A stretch of DNA of 30,708 nucleotides from positions 1 through 30,708 of the forward strand of contig JBIKWH010000001.1 of the NCBI GenBank assembly GCA_044356435.1. Direction: 5' to 3'. Under the pieces are notes generated by a model. That model searched no databases. It was not told where the DNA came from and worked only from the letters and a program-made list of their open reading frames with translations. Shown here piece by piece: positions 1 through 27,000 of the stretch (its first letter is position 1; every line of letters starts with the position of its first letter). A program made the translations under genes and the position numbers. The stretch comes from Vicinamibacterales bacterium (GTDB lineage Bacteria; Acidobacteriota; Vicinamibacteria; Vicinamibacterales; UBA2999).

Positions 1-1500
1 GTCGCCAGCAGATGCTGACGAAGCGTGGCCACCAGGGTGTCTGTGTCAGTCGCATCCACGCCACCGCGTGACACGACGGCGGCCATCAATCTCGGTCCGA
101 GCGGCGACTGCTGCAGCACGACGGCCGCGGCGGCCACCTGCGGATGCCCGAGCAGCGCGTTCTCGATCTCGCCGACCTCGATGCGGAAGCCACGCAGCTT
201 GATCTGGTCGTCGAAGCGCCCGAGGAACTCGAGATCACCCTCGGCCCGTCGCGCCACACGGTCGCCCGTGCGGTACATTCGCGCGCCCAGCCGGGCCGCG
301 AAGGGATCGGGGATGAAGCGGTCCGCCGTCAGCGCGGGCAGGCCCACATAGCCGCGCGCCAGACCGTCGCCGCCGATGAAGAGCTCGCCCGCCACACCGA
401 CGGGCACGGGCTGGAGGGCGGCATCGAGCACATGCAATGTGGTGTTCGCAATCGGGTGGCCGATGGCGACGGCTGCGCCCGGGTTGCCCGCCACGCGGTC
501 CACGGCGGCACTCGCGTCGGCGACGCTGGACCAGATGGTCGTCTCCGTCGGTCCGTAGAGATTCCACACGCGACGGCACACCCGCGCGAGCCGGCTCGCG
601 AGCTCGAACGGTAGCGCCTCGCCGCCGCACAGCACCGTCAACGCCGGGTCGCCCGGCCAGCCGGATTCCAGCAGCATCTGCCAGGTGGCCGGCGTGGCCT
701 GCATCACCGTTGCGCCGGATTCGCGCAGCAGCGCCTGGAGGCGCACTCCGTCGCTGGCGGCCTCGCGTGTGGCGATCACGACCTGCGCGCCACACACCAG
801 CGGCAGGAAGAGTTCCAGACCCGCGATGTCGAACGAGAGCGTGGTCACGGCGAGCAGCACGTCGCCCGCGCCGAGGCCCGGCTCCCGCCGCATGGCCGTC
901 AGGAAGTTCACGAGCGCACGATGCTCGATCGCCACGCCCTTCGGCTTGCCGGTGGAGCCGGAGGTATAGAGCAGATAGGCCAGATCGCCCGACTGCGCCG
1001 CGCGCGCACTGCCGGAGTGAGCCGCGCCCGGCGGCGCGGCGCCGGGCCGCACTGCCGCGGCAGGCACCGCGTTCGGAGACGCCGCCACGGGAGCGCCCGT
1101 GCCGGAAGACACCGCACCGGAAGGCGCCGCGTCAGCAGAGAGCGCGTCGAGTGGCAGGAGTCGCGTGTCCGGGCCCGTGCGCGCCTCCCAGTCTGCCGCG
1201 AGCGTCGCCGTCGTCAGGATCATCCGTGCGCCCGAGTCTTCGACCATGTAGCGCAGCCGGTCCGCCGGAAACGCCGGATCGAGCGGCACGTAGGCCGCGC
1301 CCACGCCGTGAATCCCCAGGAGCACCGGGAGCAGCTCGATTGCGCGATCGAGATGGACGCCGACGACATCGCCAACCACAATGCCGCGGGCCGAGAGCGC
1401 GGCGGCCCATGCCGAGGCGCGGGTGAAGAGCGCCTCGTACGTCAGGCTCGCGCCGTCACAGCGGCAGGCCGCGCGGTCCGGAGATTCGGCGGCGACCGCG
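1..1500 (-). other. Adenylation domain, predicted Gly (truncated by window edge)
   Basis: Motifs AAYVPLDP, LAYLLYTSGSTGKPKG, SFDIAGLEL, MQATP, LCGGE, NLYGPTETTIWS, YRTGD, QIKLRGFRIE. Hand-extracted code DILQLGLIWK is the standard Gly signature. No insertion is seen after A8 up to the window edge. Confidence 0.88.
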
Positions 1501-4500
1501 CGCGCCAGGCTGAGCACCGTCGCGGACGACGGGTAGGGCGTGGCTGTTGCGTTCCATGTGGCGAGCGCCGTGGTTTCATCGGGCGTCAGCAGCGGCAGCG
1601 CGCCAATCGTCTGGTGCGGGTCCTCGGTCACGGCGTCGAGGATCCGCAGCAGGTGTCCGCCCATGCGGGCGATGCGTGCCTCCGCGAAGAGGTCCGTGTT
1701 GAACTCGATCCCGATGGCGAGCCCCCGCGCGGACTCCTTGAAGTTGAACGTCAGGTCCGCCTTGCTCGTGCCGTTGTGATCGAAGCAGGGCTGGCTCTCG
1801 AGGCCCTCGAGCGCCAGCGCGGACTCCTGCTGGTTCTGCAGGATCACGATCACGTCGAACACGGGCGAGCGCGAGAGGTCGCGGGGCAGATCCAGCTCAT
1901 CGACGAGGCGATCGAACGGGTAGGCCTGGTGGTCGTAGGCGGAGGTGGCCGTCGTCCGCACGGCGTCGAGCAGCCGCGTGAACGTGTCGCCGGGCCGCAC
2001 CGTGTCGCGCAGCGCCAGCATGTTCAGGTAGAAGCCGGCCTGCCCGTCCAGATCCGGATGCACGCGCCCGGCCACCGGCGTGCCCACGACGATGTCCTGC
2101 TCGCCGGTGTACCGATGGAGCAGCACCTTCACGCAGGCGCCGAGCAGCATGAAGAGCGAGACGTTGGCCGCGCGGGCCGCCGCCGACACGCGTTGCGCGG
2201 CGTCCGGTTCGAGGTGCCACGCAGCCTCGCGGCCGCGGAAGGTCTGGACGGCGGGTCTGGGCGCGTCCAGTGGAAGATCGAGCACCGGGGCGGCTCCGAG
2301 TTGCGCGAGCCAGTAGTCGCGCTGCGCACTGAGCCCGCCGGACTCCAACTGCGCCTGCTGCCAGCCCGCGTAGTCGCGATACTGCACGCGCAGTGCGGGC
2401 AGCGGCGGGGCCGCTCCGTTGCGGGCGGCCAGATAGAGCGCGGCGAGGTCGCTCCCGAGGATGCCGATGCTCACGCCGTCGCAGGCGATGTGATGCACGG
2501 TGAACAGCAGCACGTGCCGATCCGCCGCGAGACGGACGAGCGACACGCGAAGGGGCGACGCCGTGAGGTCGAACGCCGCTGCGGCGTCCTCCCGGGCCAG
2601 TTGCTGCGCGGCGGCTTCGCGATCGGGATCGGCCGTCAGGTCGATCACGCGCAGCGACACCGCGGCTGGCGGGTCCACCTGCTGCCGGGGTTCCCCGTCG
2701 ATGGTCACGATCCGTGTGCGGAGCACCTCGTGCCGCTGCACGAGCGCCGAGAGAGCGCGCTCCAGTGCCGGCACATCCAGGGGCCCGGTGAGCCGCTGGT
2801 GCAGCGGGATGTTGTAGGCCGCGGAGCCTTCAAGTTGCGTGAGCACCCAGAGCCGTCGCTGCGCGTGCGAGAGCGGGTAGCTCGCCGCGTCCGGCAGCGT
2901 CGGGATCGGGGCGTCGCTCCTGGCGTCGTGCGTGAGCGTCTCGATCAGCCGGGCCTGTGCGCGGACCGTCGGCGCCTCGAAGAGCGCCCGGAACGGCATG
3001 CGGTGACCGAAGCGCCGCTCGACCCGCGCGATGAGCTGCGTGCCAAGCAGCGAGTCGCCACCGAGGTCGGCGAAGGCGTCCGTCACGCCGATCGGGTGGA
3101 TGCCGAGCAGCGCCTCCCAGATGCCCGCGATGGCGCGTTCCGCCTCGGACTCCGGCGCCTCGAAGGCGGAGCCGGTCTCCGGCCGCGCGTGGGCGGCCGC
3201 CTGGGCGTTGTCCGCGCTGGCGGCGTCCAGCGATGGCGCGGTCGCGGATTCACCGGGCGTCGACGAGGCGTCTGCCGCGGGTTGGACCCAGCGCCGGAGT
3301 CGCGTCTGGAGGTCGCCCGCCGAGACGACGACCTGCGGCACGCCCGCGCTGAGCACGCGCTCGAAGGCGTCGCGGCATTCGGCGAGCGACATCGCGTAGC
3401 GATCGATGCTCGTCTGGAAGCCGGAATCGAAACCGCCCTCCGACTCGTTCGGCCAGCCGTCCCAGTTCGAGCTGATCCAGCGCCGGTCGCCCGTGCGCCG
3501 CCGCGCGGCGGCATAGGCGTCGAGATACCGGCTGGCCGCGGCGTACGCCGAGAGGCCGAGACCGCCGAGGATCGAGGCGTTCGAGGAGATCAGCAGGATG
3601 AAGTCGAGCGGCTCGTCCGCCAGGAGCGTGGCGAGCACCGTCGCGCCGCCTGCTTTGGGACGGAGGAGCGCGTCTACCTGCGCGGGCTCGGTGGCCTCGA
3701 TCGGATTGATGACGATCTCGCGCGCCGTCACGCCCGCCGCATGAATCACGCCATCGATGCGGCCGAAGCGCGTGCGCGCGGTGTCGAGCGCCGTGCGCAT
3801 CGCCGGCTCGTCCGCGACGTCCGCTTCGAGGACGAGCACCTCGGTGCCAGCGGCCCGCAGGCGGCGCACGGTCCGCACGGCATGCGGTTCCGCCCCGCCG
3901 ACTTGACCGACGACCAGACCGAAGTCGCCCGTGGCGGTGCCGTCGGGAGCGGGCCACGCCGCCACGTGCGCGAAGCCCGCCTGCCGGAACGCGTCGCGCC
4001 ACTCGGCCGCCCGCAGCAGTGGCGACTGCCGCGTCCGGAGGCCATCGCGGAACGCCCACCAGCCTTCGGCCAGTCCCCAGATGAAGTCCACCCAGCGCGG
4101 CGCCTGCATCGTCTCGACGATGGCGGCCACGCCGCCCGGCGCGAGCAACCGGCGCGCGTGGGTCAGCGTCTCCGGCAGGTCCGCCGTGGCGTGGAGGACG
4201 TCCAGCGCGAGCACGACATCGAACGATCCGGGCGCGAATCCCTGCGAAGCGGGATCGCGGCTGATGTCGAGCGTGCCGAAGCGCATGATCGGCGAGAGTC
4301 CCGCCGCGGCCGCGGATTGCTCGGCGCGTTGCACGAAGGTGCGGCCGATGTCGGTCGCGTGGTACTCGACGGGCAGATCCCTGAGCGCCGGCGCGAGCAC
4401 GCCCGCCAGGAGGCCGTCGCCGACGCCGATCTCGAGGACACGGAGCGTCCGGCCCCCACGCGCGCGCAGCTCGGCGAGCAGCAGCTCGCGCACCGCGCGG

Positions 4501-7500
4501 ATGTAGATGTCGCGCGTGCTGTGCGCCGCCGTGTTCGCCGCCGCCTGCTCCAGCCGCGTGGCCTCACCGTCCGGGTAGAGCACGCTGATCGCGGGAATCC
4601 GGCCCGAGAGCGCGTCCGGATAGTGGGCGACACAGTGTTCGAGCAGCTCGAACATGCCGGTGAACCGCGGGTACGCGGCGACGGCGGCGCGGTGCAGCTC
4701 CGCTGGCGGCGGAATGCTTCCGGCCGCGGCTGTGAACACCAGCCCGGTGCCCTCGCGTGCGAGCAGGCCGTCGTCCTCCAGCACCTGCCGGAAGTAGTCG
4801 CCCATGCGCGCCAGCGGCGCCACGATGCCGAGGTGCGACTTCAGCTCCGCGACGTCGAAGGTGGCCCCCGGCTGGACGCGCAGACCCGCCCTCCCCGCCA
4901 GCGCGAGGACGTGGCTCGCGCAGAGCCGGTCGATGGCCGATCCGAGCCCCGGGTAGGCGTCGATGCCCTTGATCGCGAGTGCACGCCTGGCCTCGGCGAT
5001 CGCGCCGGCAAGCCGCGCTTCCCGTGCGGCGAATGCCGTGGCGCCCGCCTTCTCCGCGTCGATGCCCGGATCGGACGCGAGCGCCGTCTCCACGGCCGAC
5101 GCGGACCGGCCGGTGAGCGCGACCTTCGCGCCATACCGGGTCGCCAGGTGCTCGGCCAGGATCAGGCCGACACCGCCGAGGCCGCCGGTGATGAGGTAAC
5201 TGCCGCCCTGCCGGATCGGTGCCCGCTGTTCCGCAGCCACGGTCACCGGCTCGAGGGCGCGGACCCAGCGGTGCCCGTGGCGCCACGCCACGGCACGCTC
5301 GCTGCCGCCGCCGATCTCGTCAACGAGCAGGCGCGTCAGGAATGCCGGGTCGTCCGCGCGCCATCCGGTGATGTCGAGCGTCCGGCACGTGACACCGGGG
5401 CGTTCCTGCGGGAGGACCATCAGCGGGCCCGCCATGGCAGCCTTGGCGGGATCGATCGGCTCCGCGCCGGTGACGTCCTCGATGAGATCCGTCACGACGA
5501 CGAGCGCGATGTCCCGCGTGGCGGCGGCGATCGCGCGACAGACTTCGAACTGACGCTGGATATCCGCGGGCGCGTCGAGTGTCGAGCAGTCGATGATGCG
5601 GACGGTGTCATCGGCGACCAGGCCAGCCGCGTCCGAGGCACTCGCGTCGACCACATCGTGGCCCTGGTCGCGCAGCGCCGCGATAAGCCGTGCGCCGACG
5701 CCGTGCGCGTCCGGCACGACGACCGTCCGCCCGGCGAAGGCGTCCGCGTCGGCGTGTGGCGGCAGGGCCCGCGTCCACGACGGGACGTAGAGCCACTGGC
5801 CGACGTCGCTCTTTCGAGCGGCTGTGATCGCGGAGGTGGGGTGCGCCGCGTCCGGCTTCGCCGGCTCCACCCAGTAGCGCTGGCGGGCGAACGGATAGCC
5901 CGGCAGCGGCACGCGTCGCCGTCGCTCGCCGCGATGCACGGCCGCCCAGTCCACCTTCGCGCCAGCCGTCCAGAGCCGCGCGAGGCCGTCGGCGAGCATG
6001 GCAGTGTCTTCCGTGGCTTCGTCCGCGTGGCGCAGCGAGCGCGCGAACACCCGGCCCGTTCCGCCGGGCTGCATGCGCACCAGCGTCGTCAGCGTGCGGC
6101 CGGGACCGGCCTCGAGGAACACCATGCCCGGGTCCTGCAGCAGTTGCTGCGCGGCGTGCGCGAACCGCACCGGCTCGCGCAGGTGCGAGGCCCAGTACGC
6201 GGGGTCGACGGCCTGCGCCGCCGTGACGGTCACTCCCGTCAGGTTCGACATCCAGAGTCGCTCGGGGGCGTGACGGGCCACACGCGAGACGCGCTCCGCG
6301 AACGCGTCGCGGATGGCGTCCATGGATCGTGAGTGGAATGCATGCGACGTCTCGAGCCGCCGCGTCTCGATGCCGCGAGCCGCCAAGGCGGTGCTCAGCC
6401 GGTCGACCGCCTCGACGGGGCCTGAGACCACCGTCCGCGCGGGCGCGTTGATCGCGGCAATCGAGAGGTCGTCGCCGAGCAGCGGCTCGAGCTCGGTGGC
6501 CCCGAGCGGCACCGCCGCCATCGCGCCGGCAGGCAGCGCGTGCATGAGCGCCGCGCGTGCCGCGACCAGCGCGAGCGCGTCTTCAAGCGCGAACACGCCG
6601 GCCAGCGTGGCCGCGACCAGCTCGCCCAGGCTGTGGCCGAGCATCGCGTACGGCTCGATGCCCCACGACATCCACAGGCGTGCCGTCGCGTATTCGATGG
6701 CAAAGAGCGCGGGCTGCGCGTAGCGCGTCGATGTCAGCGACCCGGGCGCGCCGCCGTGCAGCAGCCCTCTGATGTCGAGGCCGAGTGCCGGTTGCAGCAG
6801 CGAGGCGCAGCGGTCGATGTCCGCGCGGAAGAGCGGCTCGCGGTCGTAGAGGCCGCGCCCCATGCCCACGAACTGTGTGCCCTGCCCGGGAAACAGGAAC
6901 GCCACGCGCGGCGGCGCCCCGGTGGACCGTCCCGAGATGGACGTCGCCACGTCGGCGGACTCCAGCCGCGCCACGGCGTCGAGGCGATCGGTGGCCACGA
7001 TCACGCGCCGGTGATCGAAGGCGCGCCGGCCCTGCTGCAGCGTCCAGGCGACGTCGGCCAGTGGCACATCGGGATGCGCGCGCAGATGCGCCGCGAGGTT
7101 GATGGCCTGCTGCGCGAGCGCCTCCGCGGAGCGCGCGGAGAGCGCCAGCACCTGCGGACCGTCTGCCTCGCTCTCCGGATTGGCCGCCGGGGCTTGTTCG
7201 AGCACGACGTGCGCGTTGGTGCCTCCGATGCCGAACGCGCTCACGCCCGCGCGCCGCGGACCATCCGACTCCCACGGCCGTGCCGAGGCGTTGACGACAA
7301 ACGGCGTGGAGCTGAAATCGATCTCGGGGTTCGGCGCCGTGAAGTGCAGGCTCGGTGGGATCGCGCCGTGCTCCAGCGCGAGCACCGTCTTGATCAGCCC
7401 CGCGACGCCGGCCGCTTCGTCGAGGTGGCCGACGTTGCTCTTCACCGAGCCGATCGCGCAGAAGCCGCTGCGCGCCGTGCGCAGCCGGAAGGCCTGCGTG

Positions 7501-8527
7501 AGCGCGGCGATCTCGATCGGATCACCGACCGGCGTGCCCGTCCCGTGCGTCTCGATGTACTGAATCGAGTCCGGTTCCACGGCGGCCACCGCGAGCGCTT
7601 CGGCGATGACCTCCGCCTGACCGTCGACACTCGGCGCCGTGTAGCCCACCTTCGCCGCGCCGTCGTTGTTCACGGCCGAGCCGCGGATGATGGCGTGGAT
7701 CGTGTCGCCGCTCTCGAGCGCGTCGGTCAGCCGCTTCAGCACGACCACGCCGACGCCGTTGCCGCTCACCGTGCCCTGGGCGCGCGCGTCGAACGGGCGG
7801 CAGTGGCCGTCCGGCGAGGCGATGCCACCGGTCTCGTAGCGATAGCCGACGTGCTGCGGCACCTGGATGCCGACACCGCCGGCCAGCACCATGTCGGCGT
7901 GGTAGTCGAGCAGGCTCTGGCACGCGAGGTGAACGGCCACCAGGGACGAGGAACACGCCGTGTTGACGTTGATGCTCGGGCCCTTCAGGTCCAGCTTGTA
8001 GGAGACGCGCGTGGGCACGTAGTCCTTGTTGTTCGCAATCGAGAGCTGCACCGGCGCGACGCGCGCGAGGATGTCGGGTCGCGCGAGCAGGTTGTGCAGC
8101 AGGTAGGTGCTGAACCCGGCGCCGGCGAACACGCCGATCCGTCCCTCGAAGCCGTGCGGGTGATAGCCGGCGTGTTCGAGCGCGTGCCACGCGCACTCCA
8201 GAAAGAGCCGGTGCTGCGGGTCGGTGATCTCGGCTTCGAGCGGCGGCATGCCGAAGAAGCCGGCGTCGAACCGGTCGATGCCGTCGAGCACGCCGTTGGC
8301 TCGGACGTAGGCCGAGTCGGCGAGCGTCGCCGCGTCCACGCCTGCCGCGCGCAGGGCCTCGTCCGTGAAGCGCGTGATGCCCTCGCGTCCCTCGATCAGG
8401 AGACGCCAGTACGCGTCGAGGTCGGGCGCGCCGGGAAAGCGGCCTGCCATCCCGACGATCGCGACCGCGCGCGCGTCATCCAGCACAGCGCCATCCGGAG
8501 CGGTGTGCGCAGACCGGTGGGCGTCGC

Positions 8528-8531
<4 letters not shown>
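1..8531 (-). CDS. Hybrid PKS-NRPS, C-terminal end outside window: KS-AT-KR[cMT]-ACP-C-A(Gly)...
   Basis: Not in the ORF track because it has no stop inside the window. GTG at 8531 overlaps the TGA of the upstream NRPS (GTGA) and follows GGAAGGA at 8538-8544. Hand translation begins MSDAHRSAHTAPDGAVLDDARAVAIVGMAGRFPGAPDLDAYW. KS, AT, KR, MT, C and A motifs all fall in the same frame, and no track ORF terminates in this frame. 2843 codons to the edge, ending ...LRQHLLA in the A subdomain. Confidence 0.96.
1005..1139 (-). repeat. Degenerate in-frame 15-nt (5-aa) tandem repeat, about 9 units, in the A2-A3 loop of the Gly A domain
   Basis: Units read SADAA/PSGAV/SSGTG/APVAA/SPNAV/PAAAV/RPGAA/PPGAA/HSGSA. 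The first six each begin with an NCT codon (TCT, CCT, TCT, GCT, TCT, CCT), which is unusual for this codon bias. Confidence 0.6.
1590..2880 (-). other. Condensation domain following the PKS ACP
   Basis: YPLSHAQRRLWVL...YNIP, HHIACDGVS (H at 2495), AGFYLNMLALR, YPFDRLVDEL, SKADLTFNF. Confidence 0.9.
2950..3150 (-). other. Carrier domain (ACP) of PKS module 2
   Basis: IWEALLGIHPIGVTDAFADLGGDSLLGTQL; Ppant Ser codon at 3051-3053. Confidence 0.88.
3330..5210 (-). other. Ketoreductase catalytic subdomain, split by an inserted methyltransferase
   Basis: N-part SYLITGGLGGVG...ALTGR at about 5105-5205. C-part VLVLEADVAD...GVIHAAG...RPK...ISSNAS...SAYAAAS at about 3530-3890. Confidence 0.88.
3890..5100 (-). 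other. PKS-type C-methyltransferase domain nested in KR
   Basis: YPRFTGMFELLEHC...SVLYPDG, VLEIGVGDG (4413-4439), YHATDI, LDISRDP...FDVVLALDVLHAT, LLAPGG...IVET, WGLAEGWW. These are hallmarks of cis-AT PKS cMT domains, including the HAT histidine and the downstream Glu. Confidence 0.88.
6000..6910 (-). other. Acyltransferase, malonyl-CoA type (PKS module 2)
   Basis: FPGQG, YAQPALF, LGHSLGE (about 6624-6641), TSHAFHS (H at 6344). Confidence 0.9.
7195..8470 (-). other. Ketosynthase, NRPS-accepting hybrid type (PKS module 2)
   Basis: DPQHRLFLE, NNKDY...VSYKLDLKGPS, VNTACSSS (Cys 7953-7955), ETHGTGT, KSNVGHL, SAFGIGGTNAH. The C-H-H triad is intact. Confidence 0.93.
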
Positions 8532-23850
<15,319 letters not shown>

Positions 23851-23854
<4 letters not shown>

Positions 23855-24003
23855 GCGAGGGTGCCGGATCTGGAATGGGTGACGAATGCGGGACAGCTCC
23901 CCCCGAACCCGCCGGCAACAGAGGTTTCTGCGGTGTGAGGGGACTGCGGCAACGATATCACCTCAGCCGAAACGCGTTCAACGCGCGGACACGCCGGGAT
24001 CAC
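23851..24003 (-). CDS. Putative 50-aa bridging mini-ORF (possible translational-coupling element, may be non-functional)
   Basis: GTG at 24003 overlaps the PKS TGA (24002-24000), and TGA at 23853-23851 overlaps the NRPS GTG (23854). GGAG lies 7 nt upstream. Peptide MIPACPRVERVSAEVISLPQSPHTAETSVAGGFGGSCPAFVTHSRSGTLA. GC3 is only 35/50 and no family is recognised. Confidence 0.3.
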
Positions 24004-27000
24004 GCGGTCTCTCCCGTCTTGTCGTCGTCTGCCGCCGCGAGCAGCAGCGCGGCTTCTTCATCCGTCAGGTCTCCGACGTCGGCCAGCACGGCTTCGAGCT
24101 GCTGCCGCGCGACGGCGGCACCGAGCGCGCCGATCGTCGGCGTCTCGAAGAAGGTCGTCAGCGTCACGCGCACACCGAGCTGGTCGCGCACGCGCGAGAG
24201 CACCTGTGTCGCCAGCAGTGAATGTCCGCCGAGTTCGAAGAAATCGTCGTGAATGCCGACCTCCGCGATGCCCAGGAGCGTCTGCCAGATGCGGCAGAGC
24301 GCCTCTTCCTGTGGCGTGCCTGGCGGTGCGAACGCCACGGCGAGCGCCGGTCGCGCATGGCCGGGCCCGCGGCGATCGATCTCGGTAACGGCCTGCGCGG
24401 CCACGTCCGCGTCGCGGCGCGCGCGTGCCACCGGATCGCGCGTCGAGACGACCACCTGAGTCAGGTCGCTCGCGAGCACGCGCGCCAGCACGGCCACCGC
24501 CTCGGCGTTGCGGATGCCGGACCGCAGACTCTCCTCGCGGAGGCGCTGAAGTGCACCGGGCAGCCGCACGTCGACCGCCATGCCGGCTTCCTGCCACGTG
24601 TCCCAGTCGATGCTGACGACCCGCTTCCCCGAGGCGCGCTGCTCGTGCGCGAGCGCATCGAGCACGGCGCCGGCGGCGCAATAGTCGACCTGCCCGGCGT
24701 CGCCGAGGATCCCGGTCAGCGACGACACGAACACCATGACGTCCAGATCCGTCGAATCGAACACGCGCAGAAGGTTCAGGGCGCCCTGCACCTTCGGACG
24801 CAGGACGGCCTCGATGTCCTCGCGCGTCTTGCGCTGGAGCATGCCGCCCGCGGGGACGCCCGCCGCGTGAATCACGCCGTGCACGGGCCCGAAGCGCTGC
24901 TCCGCTTCGCGAACCGCCGTGCGGAGCGCGTCGAGATCTCCGACGTCGGCGGCCAGCATGCACACCTGCCCGCCCGCGGCCTCGATGGCCTGGATCTGCC
25001 GGATCTGCCCGGCGACCGTCGAGCCGGTGCCACCCGCCAGCGCCGCCGGCCAGGTGTCACGCGCGGGGAAGGGCGTGCGGCCAAGCAGGGAGAGGCGCGC
25101 GCCGCAGTTGGCGGCCAGGTGCGCGGCGATCACAAGGCCGACGCCCCCGAGGCCGCCGGTCACGAGATAGTGCCCGCCCGTCCGTAACGAGGTCGCGGGC
25201 GAAACGTCCGGCAGCGCCACCCGCTCGAGCGTGCGCTCGAGCCGCTGATGATTGCGATACGCGACCCACGGCGTGTCCGCGGCGGACCGCAGTTCGCGAT
25301 AGAGCCGGTCGACGAGCGCGTCGCCCGCGTGGACGGAGGCGCCGTCGTAGTCGATGCTGCGGCAGCGGATCGCGGGCAGCTCCTTCGGGACGACCAGCAC
25401 CGGGCCGGCCACCGCGGCCCGCAGCGGCACGAGACGCGGGTCGCCCGGCACGGCCTGCATGCGCGAGGACAGGACGTCGATCCGGATCTCGCCCTCGACA
25501 TCGGCCAGCGCGCGCGCCAGCCACGTCACGCTCAAGAAGCCGCACTCGAGCGCATCGCGGTCGTTGGCGTCGGGACTGTCGACGGACCACGCATGCAGCA
25601 CGCGCGTCGGCACCTGCCCAACGCGCCGGAGTTCCGCGATGAGCGCGTCGTAGTCCTCTCGGCAACCGGGCCGGAGCGCGTACTGCCGATCGCCACGACG
25701 TAGAAACGCCGCGCCGGGCGTGACGAGGACGGGCTCCGCGCCGTCGCGACGTAGGCGCGCGAGCAGCCCGGCCGCCACGGTCTCGCCGTCCAGGGCGCAG
25801 ACGAGCCACGTCTCGCCGGCAGTCTCGGTCGTGGCGTCGGCGGCGCGAGCCGGCGCGGGCGCGCTTTTCCAGACGGGCACGTGGAACCACTCGTCGAGCG
25901 GCCGTTTCGTCACGCCGTCATCGACGGTGGGCACCGCGTGGCGATCGCCGGCGGTCCCGGCGTTCGCACTCCCCGCGGCGGCTGACGAGCCCGGCACGGG
26001 CGGCTCGACCCAGTACCGCTGCCGCTCGAATGGATACGTCGGCAGCGCGAGGCGTCGCCGCTCGCGACCCGTGTCGATCGCATCCCACGCGATCTCCACA
26101 CCGGCTGCCCACAGGCGGCCGAGCGTCCGCATGAGGACGTCCTGGTCGCGCGCGCGTTCACGGGCGTGCGTCAGCGTGGGAAGGACGATCGCGTCGCCAG
26201 CAGCAGGCTGCCCGCGCGTCGCCTCGATGTCCGGCTCGGGCGCCGCCGCAAGAGCCAGCGTGCCGAGCGTGCGCCCCGGGCCGACTTCCAGCAGCACCGG
26301 GTGCGGCAACTGACGTGCGCAGGCCACACCGGCCGAGAAGAGCACGGCATGCCGCAGGTGGCGCACCCAGTACGCCGGATCGACGGCATCGGCGGCGCTG
26401 ATCCAGGTGCCGGTGACGTTCGAGATCCACGGCGTCGAGGGCGGCGTCAGCGTCACGCGCGCGACGGCCGCGCCGAACGCGCTGAGGACGGGATCCATGG
26501 ACGGCGAATGGAACGCATGCGACGTGTGGAGGTCGTGGCACTCGATCCCCCGCGACGCGCACAGGCGTTCGAGCGCCGCCACCGCCTCAGGCGGTCCGGA
26601 TGCGACGCACAACCCCGGCGCGTTGATGGCGGCAATGGTCACGCCGTCCGGCAGCAGCGCGGCCGTCTCGTCGGGCGTCGCCCGCACGGCGACCATCCGC
26701 CCGCCGGGAAGCTGCTGCATCAGCCGGCCCCGCTCCACAACGAGCGCGAGCGCGTCCTCCATCGTGAGCGTGCCAGCGACGCAGGCGGCGACGAACTCGC
26801 CGAGGCTGTGGCCGATGAGGCCGGCGGGCGTGAGGCCCCACGCGCGAAGCTGTTGGGCGAGCGCGTACTCGACGATGAAGAGCGCCGGCTGCGCGACGGC
26901 CGTCTGCGTGAGGCGCGCCGAGGCCTCGGGCGTGACGGCCTCCGCGCGCAGCAGCGCGCGCAGCTCCCCGCCGAACGAGCCGAGCCGCGCGCAGCAGGCG

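Noticed and set aside
23971-23985. Small palindrome/inverted repeat (AACGCGTT; CGCGTT-C-AACGCG) in the gap
   Set aside because: Too short, no U-tract or strong stem, and expected by chance in CG-rich DNA. It is not supportable as a terminator or operator.
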